From Podarcis liolepis (lineage: Eukaryota): a stretch of 64,000 nt of DNA. The translations under genes and the position numbers were made by a program. This document shows, one piece after another, positions 48,197 through 60,030 of the stretch (within the stretch, counting starts at the first letter, position 1; each line of letters starts with the position of its first letter). The notes beneath the pieces are model-generated. The model was not told the origin of the DNA. It ran no database searches and saw nothing but the letters and a program-made list of their open reading frames with translations. The stretch lies in the NCBI GenBank assembly GCA_965112155.1, contig OZ218100.1. One strand, 5' to 3'.

Positions 48197-49040
48197 TTGC
48201 TGCCATCAGAAACAACATGCCATATTTATATTATTAGTGAATTGACTAGTAGCAACTGCAGATTTTGGGAATTTTAAGATTTCATTTCTAGCCCTGTACA
48301 GAGTCCAAGCTTCGAGAACCTTTTAGCAAGGTCTATTAGCCCAACACCCAGGAGATCTGCTGCCAGTCAGATTGCCAGATTGACCAACAGTCTGAATTGG
48401 AATAAGGCATTTCCTTGTTTCTTGGTTGCAAAGGAAGATATGAACGCATGCAGATTAAAAAACAACAACATATGTTAAGAACTGGTAACCACTTTTCCAA
48501 ATGCTGGGTACATGAAATCACATTCCTAGGCATCAGTACAAGGCTAAACACAGTGTTTGAATGACAAAGAAGGCTGGCACTGCAATCCTATGCATGTTAA
48601 GACAGAAGAAAATCTAATTATGTTCAGTTGAGTTTACTCACTAGTAATCAGTGTGTATATGATTTCCTTCCTTCCTATGAAACCTACCTCATCCCTCTTG
48701 AACCCAACATAGCCAGACAATCACCCCAAGACATGCACCAATCAAGCTCAGATGATATTAAGTCTGTATAACTCAGAGGAATCAGTATGGAGGAGCTGAA
48801 TCGATTTACAGCTTTAGAAGAACAGATTCAACTTGCATATGCAAATTCCACGGTTAATAAATTAATGGTACTTAATGGTGGATATTCTAGGCAAACTAAA
48901 ACTGGAAAGGATGTAAAACAAATTCATCCACAGGATCATTCCATGTCTCAAAATGACAGCATGTGAAAGGAAAAGAAGTGATGCAATGCAGGAGAGAAAG
49001 CAGCAATACAAATGGAATTCAAATACTTTGGATGTAAGAT

Positions 49041-49056
49041 TTTATTTTTGTTTAAT
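49041..49056 (-). terminator. SMYD3: Candidate SMYD3 poly(A) signals (ATTAAA, AATAAA)
   Basis: TTTATT at 49041-49046 and TTTAAT at 49051-49056, about 360 nt past the SMYD3 stop. Confidence 0.55.
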
Positions 49057-49406
49057 ATTGGTTACCATGACATATAAAGAGTACCTTAGCTACCATGATA
49101 AATGAAGAAAATTATTTCCAGAAATTATCATTTTCTACGTCATTAATAGTATATTGTACTTTTACCAAGAACTGTCCAATTTCTTTGTCAACACGTTGTT
49201 TTGCAGACAGCATACTTCTGGTGGAAATATCAAGAAACTGGTGTGAAAGGTCCCTTGAAGAATTAGCAGAAGAAACAATATACAGGTTACACACCAAAAC
49301 AACTGGAACCTTTTCCTAACTGTTCTCTGATTAATGAGATCTTGACTACTACATAGATTGTGTAGGGAGACATTTTCTTTCTCCAATGTCTTCTTGCAGG
49401 TCTTCT

Positions 49407-49508
49407 TCATTCTAATGGCAGGCCAGCCTCACAGTCTTCCTTGAGCATCATCAAGTCATGCACTAGGCTGTGTTCTGTCCCATGGGTCACTTTCATGATA
49501 TCATAAGC
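49407..49508 (-). CDS. SMYD3: SMYD3 last coding exon (SET and MYND domain lysine methyltransferase, C-terminal TPR-like domain)
   Basis: Minus-strand acceptor tgtcttttcag, phase 0; AYDIMKVTHGTEHSLVHDLMMLKEDCEAGLPLE-TGA, matching the recalled SMYD3 C-terminus AFDIMRVTHGREHSLIEDL; expected synteny downstream of KIF26B. Confidence 0.93.
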   Translation of the reverse strand, partial: AYDIMKVTHGTEHSLVHDLMMLKEDCEAGLPLE

Positions 49509-51506
49509 CTGAAAAGACAGACAGGTAATCCATCATTCTTTATTGCATGCCTCTCAACTGCTCTGGCTGGAAAGTTCTGCTTTTTCTTTTTTCTTTTAAT
49601 TTTCCTTTTGTTTTGCCCATTTGCAACGCTCTTCATCTGCAGATGTCCAAAGAGGAATACAGACACAGGTGGCCACACTAGAGGAGATTTGCCACATTAT
49701 CAGCAGCTACTCAGTGCAAGATGACAGGATGACACCAACAGGCCTAGAGTGGAGCAAAGTCATGAAGATCTAGGAGCTGTGGAGAACATGGCCTCGGCAC
49801 CTTCCATAAGCAGGTCCAGCTTCCAGAGAAGCTCATTTGCGAAGAGAGCAGGGGCACCATAAGGTGCAAAGGAACTGAAGGAAAACAAAAATCTAAACCG
49901 ATAGCAAGAGTAGCCCAAATTGTGCGCTGATCTGCATGCAATGCTGCCCAAGGAACTGACTGCGGGAGCTGGAGCTATGCGCCTGGTTTGGGCTATGTGT
50001 ATGGGTTGATCACAAAATGCCTGCACACTAATCATGCAATCCTAACCATGTCTACTCAGAAATAAGTCATGTTGACTTATTTGAGGCTTACTCCCAGGAA
50101 AGAGGAGTTTGGATTGCAGCCTAAGCTAAATATTACAATGTGTGCATACAGAAGTCATTACACAACAGCTGTTTCCTCCACAGGATAAAACAATCATAGT
50201 GACTGTTGAGCACCGTAGGACCAGTGGCTTCTCTCATGATTTAAGGAATTGGTTTTATTATTATTATTATTATTTATTATTACTATTCTGTGCACACAAA
50301 TACGAGACAGGCCACGATATCAGAAGCCACACAGTTGTCTTACCCAAGAATAGAAAGCCTCATTAGATAATTGGTATGAATGTGTCTCTGAATGCAAATA
50401 AAAGCCCAGCACATTCATTTGTGTCTAATTTGCATTGGGATTGGACAGGGTACCTAACATCAGCGTATGTAACAGTATGCAAATATGCTGCCGCACCGCT
50501 CAGTCATGATGAAAGGAGGGAGCAAACTCCATCATGCTGATGCTCTACAAAGCAAAAGGACAGAGCATTGAGGAAATCATTTCTGTTTCTGCTTTGTCCC
50601 TTGATTAAAATGAATGCCTGTTAGAGGCAGCAAAGGAAGGACAAACGTCTAGAAAGCCATACTCATTTTACTTTAATCACACATGCAGTTAATAATGCAC
50701 AGGGCAAGCTGGAAAGAACCAGTTCAAATGACATATAGTCAGAAAGAGTTCAGCATCACTCTGGAGCAGAAGGGCTTTTTGCTCATGTTCCTTTGAGCTT
50801 TTCCCAGCAGGGGATTGATACAGATGGAATATATATTTCGGCTGACAAGTTGATATATTATTATAATCACTCAGAACCAACCTTCCTGTATCACGGGGTA
50901 TAGTGGCAGCAGACTAGATCTCTTTCCATGTGCAGGGAGGTTATATGCGACTGCAATCTCTGACATCTCCCAGCTGCAGTCTGAAACAGAGCAGCTCAGG
51001 AAGGACTATGCCATTTCTCTTGTGCACTATTTAAATAACGAGCCGGTTTCAATTAACTGGACCAGGTAGTCACAGCCCATGCAAGGACGTCTGTAGGGCA
51101 ATGGGGGTTCCCCACTCCCCCCCCTGAAAATGGCTTGGCGGAGGGTCAGGGGAATCTCCAAAACAGTGCAAGGAGGGAGGAGAGGCCTGGTCAGTGGCTA
51201 GATAAGAGGCGACCTGCAACTCTGTAAGCATATGGTCTTGAGTTCAACTGGATCAGTGATGTAGTACAGAACTGAACACCATAAAATCCAACAACAATTC
51301 AAGTTCTAACCATTATCATGCATAAGTATTGCACTAGTTCAAATGAATTTCAGAATCCTCATTTGATCTAAGTCCTTAGCGAAGAAAGTCACACTAGTAC
51401 TTAGGATACATTTACAAGTTTAAAAAGGTACAATTAGTGAAGTGCAGTAGGCAAGGCAATTGTCAGAATACTATACTGTGTATTCACAAATATGTACCAT
51501 GTACCT

Positions 51507-51958
51507 TATGGTTACCAGATTTTTTTGCAATGAATCCGGGGACCCTTTCTTTTGTGGGTGAAGCTGAGTAGCAACAGGGAGTCAATAGTGGGGATGGTGA
51601 GGCAACAGACCCTGGGCCCAAGCACACATGCATAAAGGTGCAAAGCCCTTCTTTTGCACCCTGTGAAACATAAATGCACAGGTTTTTTTTAAAAAAAACT
51701 GGGCAATGGTGCACTGCCCGCCTTCCCTGATTTCCTTTCCCCTCCCCCCTTTGTTTTGACAAATCAGGGAAGGCTCACTGCCGTGGCACAGGAAAAATGG
51801 CGGGCGCCACGGCAGCAAGCAGCTCTTGAAGCCAGCCAGAGCCAACTGCACTAACAGACTGGCTCCGGGCTGCTGAGGCTGCTGCTGCCACGTTTCCCAG
51901 GGACAGATTTGCAAATCCAGGGACTGTCCCCGGGAACCGGGGATGTCTGGTAACCCTA
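51507..51958. mobile_element. hAT non-autonomous element (452 bp)
   Basis: TIRs TATGGTTACCAGA / TCTGGTAACCCTA (12 of 13), exact 8-bp TSD ATGTACCT at 51499-51506 and 51959-51966. Confidence 0.9.
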
Positions 51959-53326
51959 ATGTACCTTGCACTTTGTGACTCTATCACAAGCTCATGATGA
52001 GAAATTCCAAATAAGGCAGCTGCTGGCTGAAATAAGCACAGGAGTAGCATGGAATTGAGCTCATGTGGAATAGCACACTATTAACAGAATGTGTGGAGGG
52101 AGGGAGAGAGAGTAAAGCTGTAATATTTTTCTCTAGGTGCTGTAAATATTCTTATTTGGGCTACCTTTAAAGCTCAGGATTAAGGTGATAATTTTAATTC
52201 ACTATATTGTATTAATATATAGGAAGGTCTTTTGTTCAATGGGCATAACAGAGTGTTGCTACCTCTTAGAATGAGGTGGGTCACAGATTTAACAAATATG
52301 AAGTGATCACAATGCAAGAATGCACATACCATGTCCACAAAGCAGAAGTACTAAATGTTCCACTCCAAATATAATGAACATTTGTGCATTTGAGACAGAT
52401 TTTAATCCTGAATCAGCCTGCAAACTATTAACAATTCTAAAAGGAAGTCTGTTAAGGTTTCTTCTTTCTTTTTTAAAAATCAAATATCATAACACCCCCC
52501 ATTAAAAACAAAAATTATCCTAAAATCCATTTTGCACTTGATTCAATTAGAATCCCTCTGGCAAATTGACAATATAAAATGCAGTACAGCCACCACTGTC
52601 TTCCACTCACAGTGACTTTTAAAAGACATTGTTAATTAAAAACTTGTCAGAATTCACGGGACATTTGCTTTCCAACTCAGACTGCCAGCTGAAAATCAGG
52701 TGTTATTGTCAATGGCAGCATTTGAACATGACGTTTGTCAAAAATCAAATTTTAGATGTGAACTCCTACTGACGCCAGCCTACCAATTTAAGATTTTGGT
52801 CCCCCTCTGCCGTTTTTATGTTAAAATCCTAATCTAAAAGTTTCAGATCGATATAGTACCCCTTCCTTGTCTAGGATTACCAACACATAGATGTGTTTTC
52901 ACCTACTCCTTAGTCTGTATTCCCCACGCAGCTAGGCAGAACATAATCAATATTTTAAAGGGAGCATGAGAAGCAGACTAAGGCACTGAAATACTCTTTC
53001 ATTCGTCCATCTTAATAGCTGCTTGCCACTCAAGGTTAGGGGTGATTAATGATACCCCCCAGCTACTGAACAGTAATTACCAACAACTGATATTAAAGGA
53101 AGTCACCCCTGGAAACTAGGTAAGTAGCAATGACCCATCACCTCACTGCGCAGCTATTGCCTACGGTACCAGTGTGGATAAAAGGAAATGCAGAGGTGGG
53201 GTGGGTGGAAAACGACTGGTGGTTAATATTTCAGCAGCGGGGGTGAGCTGGGAGGGTGAGGAAAATGGCAGCAGTTAGAGAGCGAAGGAAAGGGGAAAGG
53301 GTAGAAGCAGAACGAGCAAAACTAAC

Positions 53327-53435
53327 CTCCTTCAAGGTTTCCAGGGCCTGAGGAAACAAGTCGTGACTGCACTGGAGTTTGCCCACTCTCATCATCTGGA
53401 CGGCCCTCAAAGGATGGAAGCCAGAATAATAAACC
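53327..53435 (-). CDS. SMYD3: SMYD3 penultimate coding exon, 109 nt
   Basis: Minus-strand acceptor ccttccacgcttctag, donor GAG|gttagt; VYYSGFHPLRAVQMMRVGKLQCSHDLFPQALETLKE (recalled human: IFFPGSHPVRGVQVMKVGKLQLHQGMFPQAMKNLRL); ends in phase 0, matching the last exon. Confidence 0.93.
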
Positions 53436-55969
53436 CTAGAAGCGTGGAAGGGAGAAAAATCATCATAGCATCTTTGTCAGCTCTCACCTTCACAGTTCCT
53501 GCCTCAGTGGAGAGCTATTAGGGTGGGCCTGCAAAGCCATTGTGAATGTTAATAAGGTATTCAGAGAAAATTAGCTACACGGCGAAGAAGTGTGGAATAC
53601 TGAGGGGAATTAACAAATTATTATTTTTCCTGTCCCTGCAGAATGACTTTTACATTATCCTGTTAGAAAGTGACAGGGGTGGGAGCAATTTGCACACCTC
53701 AGTTCGGCAGCACAATAGCTCTCTCTATGCTTCGTGTTAAACAAAGAGGCTTTCTATCACAGCAGTGCTGAGACAGTTTCATTTCCATGGGAGGTTTTTC
53801 AATGTGGAGACAGGGTCTGTATTCCGAATCTTCACAGAGCCTGGGGGAAGAGTCCATGCGGGACAGCAGGATGCAGAATACACAACAGTGAAACGTATTC
53901 ACAACTTCAATTCTGAGGGCTTCCATTTCCCTAGCCACACAATAAAATACACTATGTGTCTGCAAAAATGGCCAAGGGGCTTGCAATACCTAAAATGCCC
54001 AGCACAAGCAAATTGATCCTCAAAAACATAGTGGCTAAGAATGTGAGCCAGTTAAATCCCCAGGTGAAATCCTTCCTCAGCCACAAACTCAATAATTGGC
54101 TCCAGAAAATATACTATTTCTTGGGAGCATTAATACTGGCCAACCTTACAGGAGCATTGCGAGAGTTCCTGAAATAATGAACACTGTAAAGATAGTAGAC
54201 AACTAGTCAACAATTGGAGTAGCAGTTGCGGTGTTGCTGTGAAATAGGCACCTTTATTCATTTTCTGGATAGTTCTCAACACATGTTTAGAAAGCAGCAA
54301 CTGAAAAAGCCATTTTATATAGACCTACATGCCTGTCAGCATCTCTTGACTATGGGATTGCATTCTGGGGCAACGTTCCAAAGCAAACCTGAGCACCTTT
54401 TGCTTTACTAGCATACAGGATGGATCTAGCCTGATAAAGGTTTATGTTTTCTTTCCCACTAATCTGATGGGACCAGTACTCCCTATTAACTGCACTGCCA
54501 TTATTCCTGATTTACATTCACACCCAGAGATGAAGACAGAGTAAGGCTGCTTGTTTGTAGCACGAGGAACACATGTAATGCCCTGGTGTCACTAATTACT
54601 TGCAATATTATGTACTGGAAATGTCAGTGTTTTAAAGGCAATCACTCTGCATCTGCAAGATTTGTACAGTGGTGTAAACTATTCAGGATCAGTGTCATTC
54701 AGCAAAGGAAAACAACCCATTTGATCAAACATTTATCAATTCTTGCTGGCAGTTCTTCATGCTATTTACAAAAATAATCTTGTAGTGTAGCTACAGCAGC
54801 AGGAAGAAACTTAGAAACAAACCCCAAATGGCACCAGGGCTTTTCCTTCTTTTTCTTTTCTTTGGGGGGGGGGTGCTAATTTTGAAAATTATATATCTCA
54901 AAGAAACGAACACATAACGTAATACGAAACATAAATAACGTAGGATCAGTACAGCCATCTGCATATTATTTATTTATTGAAATTATGTACCAACCTTCCT
55001 CCCCAAGGAGCCCATGATAGCAAAAAGTTGAATAAGCAAGAGGATATGTTGGAAAATATAGGGAGGTGAGCTGGGTTAGATAGTTAAAGGGAAAACTATC
55101 ATTTTGCTTTGTAAGAGGTCAGCATGTTGTTGGTTTGAAAGCAGCTGCTTTTTCCACTGGCTCCTAAAAGAAGAAACAGGTGTATTCATCTGGCACCTGT
55201 ATGTATGCATCATTATTATCAATAAACGAAATAAAATCTTGCCAGTTTGTGTAGTCTGTAGTTTTATTATCTCTCAGAGTTCTTAGATAGCATGTTAATT
55301 TTACCATTATGGCAAAGCTCCAGAACTTTTCATAGCATAGTTAGATTAATAGTCCAGCTGTGTCTTTCCAACACAGGGTGATAATAAAATAGTGTCCAAC
55401 CAAAATGTGCCAGATTGAGTCATTGGAGGGAGCACCCCATTTCCCCACAAGAAACGGCACCAACCCTTTTCTATGAAACTAAATAGTAACCATTTGCAAA
55501 TGGCCCAGGGGTTGATCTACCTTTTCAGTTAAGTACTCACCATGAGGTGGTTTCCCCTCTATATTTACTAGTAAAAATGCTGCAATGAGTGAAACACGTG
55601 CAACATGGTGAGATCGTGTCAACAGCTTTTTCAGAGATCCTTGCTTTCTAGCTTTCGCATGGTGTGATACTTGGCAATTTTATCATATGGGAGACCTCTC
55701 GTCACTTTGGGCTGGTCTGCACATGTGTGGCCATCACCTGGCAACTGCAGCATTAAGTACTGACTTGCATGCGCCAGTGACCCACCATAGAGCAATCACT
55801 GCATACACAAATTGTATACCATCTTGTGGGCCCACTGGATGGAAAGGTAGAAGGGGGTGATTAATGAATGAACAAAATTACTCTGCAGTAGATTCAGTTC
55901 ACATATTCAGTCACAAATCATAATGTGTTGAGGAACCAAGTACTAACACATCAAGAAATTTAAAGAGAT

Positions 55970-56138
55970 AAAGTATGCTTTGCCTACAGAAGGTTCCAGG
56001 TTCAATCACTGGCATTGCCAGGTAGAACTGGGAAAGAACCCAGTCTCGAATCTTGTAGCTGCTGCCGGTCAGTGGAGACAACACTGACTTAGATGGACCA
56101 ATGGTCTGACTCAGTGAATGGCAGCTTCCTATGTTTCT
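55970..56138 (+). mobile_element. Squam3-like SINE
   Basis: TGCTTTGCCTACAGAAGGTTCCAGGTTCAATCACTGGCAT...TAGATGGACCAATGGTCTGACTCAGT...GGCAGCTTCCTATGTT. Confidence 0.8.
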
Positions 56139-59100
56139 AAAACTAGCCTTTTATACTGAGGTGCAAAGCGGACTGTCCTATCATTGTGCCATGTGTTCAC
56201 TGTCTGAGAACAGGACTGTGCCCTGCCTGCCCTTCGTTCCAGCTTCCATCAGCCACAGCCAACATGGCCAGTCGTCAGGGATAAGAAGATGTGGTGCAAC
56301 AAGGCCTGGAGGTTCCCCATTTCTGTACACCCCATTCAATATCTCAATTCCATTAGCATTCCAATGCCTCAAAGAAACGGAAAGGCTGACTGAGTGAACT
56401 GCCCTCCAGCTGCCTGAGCAAGAAGGCACCAGAGCTAATGTGGGGAAGAGGAAGAAATCAGCACAGAACTGTGGGCTCTTTCACTAGCAGTGGGGATTGG
56501 CCCTTTGCCCACTTTTGCCTGGCCGCTACCTCCAATGGGTTACTACCACTGAGGCAGTAAATTCACCCTGTAGAGTCCCCTTTTACTCCCACAAGGGTTC
56601 CATTTAGACTTAATGGAATAACTGCATCCAATTCCTAAGGTAATCAGAGTTTGTGAAGATTTAGGATTATGGTACATGATACCAGAGGAAGCAGTAAGTA
56701 ATTAAGCAATGCCAGGCAGACAACCAAAACCACTCACAGCCATAAACTAAAGAGAGAGGAAATTTAAGAGGTGGAGGTAAAGGAAGCGAGCGTGAAACTG
56801 AGAGCACTGAGTGCATAAATATTTACAAAGCTGTTTTATTGGGCTGATTTATGTACTGGTCTTATGCATGTGTTTAGTTGCTTTTCACAAGCTTTAAAGC
56901 TGACATATAAAATAGCTGTTTAATATCATTTTCTGTAATAAATCTGTTAAATTATTGGAGCATCTTCTGTGTAAGCACATTTGCCGGACCACCTTCCTGA
57001 GGAAAAGTGTACAATGTAAATATTTTGGAAGATATTTGAGGGGAAATGTGCTAAGGTTTGGTTCCGTTTAACTTCATGTCTCCTATTGGAAACAGCAAAC
57101 AAACCAGAAAATACTTTTAGCACCTCGATTAAGTCAACATACTAAATGAGTTACCAAGATGAGCTCCAGGAAGGCTAGAACCTCAATCCAGGAGGTGCTT
57201 AATCCATTTAGAGGAGCACAAGCATGACTGGCCCCAAGGACAATTGAGTAAGGCTGTTACATGGAACCAATTCTATTAAGGGTTCCTGTCACCAACCAAA
57301 GTCCAACCATCATCCATCCTGGTTCTCACTTGGCACAGGGCCTAGCTAGGCTGCCATCTCTAATTCTCTGGATCTCATGGCAAGGGAAAATGTACCTATA
57401 ACCTTACCAACTTGTGACTATACAAGGTTCTTTACATTTGTAGACATGTTGGTTCAGAGGCGGCGTGCACTAACTTGAACCTTAAGCAAGGTAAGAACAC
57501 CATGTGGATGTGTAAAAAGGTACATAAATACGCTGCTCTTCAGTTAAGTAACTTCCTTCTCATTGATGCTACCCAGAACCATATCCTGTGCAAAATAAGG
57601 CCATTCAATGCGAGCAAACATTTGGTGTTTCAGATAGGGTGGGGTCATTTATTTTAATGTTATTTAAATTTCTTTTACATTCTTCTTACGTCTATCTGAG
57701 CTCAGATATTATTGTCGTAGTTTACTATTGAGGTGGGAAGGTGGGAAGATTCAGACATTGCATTTTATGTGTCCTTCCGTACCCATTCTGGTTTAATTTG
57801 AAATTAATCTTTACAGCCCTGATGTCTCCAGGCCTGAACTATTTGCCAAGGGTTCAAGGCATCAGGCTCTTCCATGGCATCAGGTTAGTGAAATGAGCCC
57901 ACAGCCCTGGAAACAGATGCACATGATGACAGCACCATCCAAGAATGCTGAGAATCATGGGGAATGTAGTTCCCATTGTTCTCAGTATTCCAGGGTGCTG
58001 CTGAGAATTGCAGTATTCTGGCAGGAGTTTTAAGAGAAAGCAGTTGCTATGTTTGACTTCCCCGACATTCGGCCTTCTGCTATCATTCGTAGTGCAATTT
58101 TCTTTTGAGCTAGGAAACCCAGTAAGCCCAGTTTAGCATTGTCTACATTGAGGCCAGTAACTCAACATATCGCAGAAAAATACATTTCACAGGCACTGGA
58201 GGGGGAAAGAATCTATATTTCCAATGTTTGTGGACATTATCATTTCTTTTTAAATGAAGAACCTGGATTGCATATTTGCCTTGATAATCTCTTGTGACAA
58301 TCAAAATTACTAGCTGGTTTATTGCTCTGGGAAGAAACGGTTCATTTACTTGGTTTGAAATGCACCTGTCAATTTCATTTCCTTGAGCATCCTGTGTGTT
58401 TCCACATTATAAAAGGGTATAAAAAGGAGAGGACTGGTGCTTTCTAGATATGTAACACAAGCTTTTAAAATCATACATCTGAGAGAACTTCTCTTTTCTT
58501 TGCTTTCCAAGTCAGTTGTTTGGAGCTTTTTTATCCTCTCATGAGCTTAGATTAAAAGCTTAGTACAGAGCAAAGAAAATGACGAACATTTCCAATTCCT
58601 CACAATTTAAAATAGGTTAATTGATGTATGCTATTCTCCGTAAACCCATTTGCAAAGCAACATTTGTGCCTCCACCTTCAGCCTGATGGAATTTCAAACA
58701 CACACGACTTGTAAGCCTTGTGAGTTTATAATGGAAGAAAATGCTTGTTAGAAGATTCCAGAGTCACCGAAGCTGCGAAGGTTTTGATACAGTCCATAAT
58801 ACTACACCTCACTAAAAGTTAAGAATACACAAAAGAAGTACGGTACACAACAGGGTATTTCCTCACCCCCCATGCCCCCCATTATGGTGAAGGGTACCAG
58901 ACTTCTGGAATAATGTTGAGTGGATGGAGTATAATAATGCCAAAATCAATTTAGAAAGAAGTAGATTCTGCTCCAGTTAATGGGATTATTCTTGGGAAAT
59001 GATGTGGCAATTTTGTTCCTATTATCAATTTGTGTTCCACCCTAGAATAACATTCTTTCTCCTCTGACTGAGCCCTTGAGTCAGCTCATGGAATCTTCCT

Positions 59101-59345
59101 GCCTGCTCTGTTTCAAACGTGGTTGATTGCACACACACCACCCCTCACAAACATAATGTTTTATCTGTCAATTTATTGGAAGCGGTTTGAAAAAATGACA
59201 AGTAAATTACATTAAGGTGAGGCACAAAGTAAGTAAGGGCAAGATGCCCATAGTTGCTGAATTACATGAAGGTCATGGTGAGTGGTTTTTTTTTTATGAT
59301 TTGTGTAACTAACCGTCTTGAAGGCTGCAGTAGCTATAGGGTTTC

Positions 59346-60030
59346 CAATTCCAAGTGCTGTTTTTAATCTATAAAGCCTTAAACTGCTCAGTGCCGCAAT
59401 ACCTCAAGGACCATCTCTTCCCATATGCGCTGACCCAGACTCTGTGATCATCACCATTTGTATACTTCCTCCAGAAGAGGTCTGGAGGGTGGCAACACGG
59501 ACTTTTCTGCAGTGACTCCCTGTTTGTGAATGTTCTCCCCAGAGAGGTTCATCTGGCACCTTCATTATACTTCTTCACGCACCAGGCAAAAATGTTCTTC
59601 TTCAACTGGGTCTTTGGCTGATTAACGGTCTGTGTACAGTGGTACCTCAGGTTAAGTACTTAATTCGTTCCAGAGGTCCGTACTTAACCTGAAACTGTTC
59701 TTAACCTGAAGACCACTTTAGCTAATGGGGCCTCCTGCTGCTGCCACGCCGCCGGAGCCCGATTTCTGTTCTCATCCTGAAGCAAAGTTCTTAATCCGAA
59801 GCACTATTTCTAGCTTAGCGGAGTGTGCAACCTGAAGCGTATGTAACCTGAAGCGTATGTAACCTGAGGTACCACTGTACTTTAACACGTGTTTGTGGAA
59901 GGAGGGGTTATTGGTTTATTTTGTTTTTGTTCTTGTCTTTATTAAGTACTTTGTTGTTTTATTCTGTATTTTATGCTGTGAACTGCCCTGAGATCTTCAG
60001 TTGAAGCGCAGTATACAAATTTAATAAAGC
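59346..60030 (+). mobile_element. L2 LINE 3' fragment with ORF2 C-terminal remnant (split by a MITE)
   Basis: Translates QFQVLFLIYKALNCSVPQYLKDHLFPY, the typical L2 ORF2 C-terminal motif; tail GTGAACTGCCCTGAGATC...GTATACAAATTTAATAAA. Confidence 0.8.
59637..59877. mobile_element. CAGTGGTACC-family MITE, full length
   Basis: TA|CAGTGGTACCTCAGGTTA...TAACCTGAGGTACCACTG|TA, perfect 18-bp TIR. Confidence 0.95.

Noticed and set aside
57855-57890. Minus-strand DAME-like peptide as the next upstream SMYD3 exon
   Set aside because: Surrounding translation does not match the expected LKVLDCAMDACINL block; that exon appears to lie outside the window
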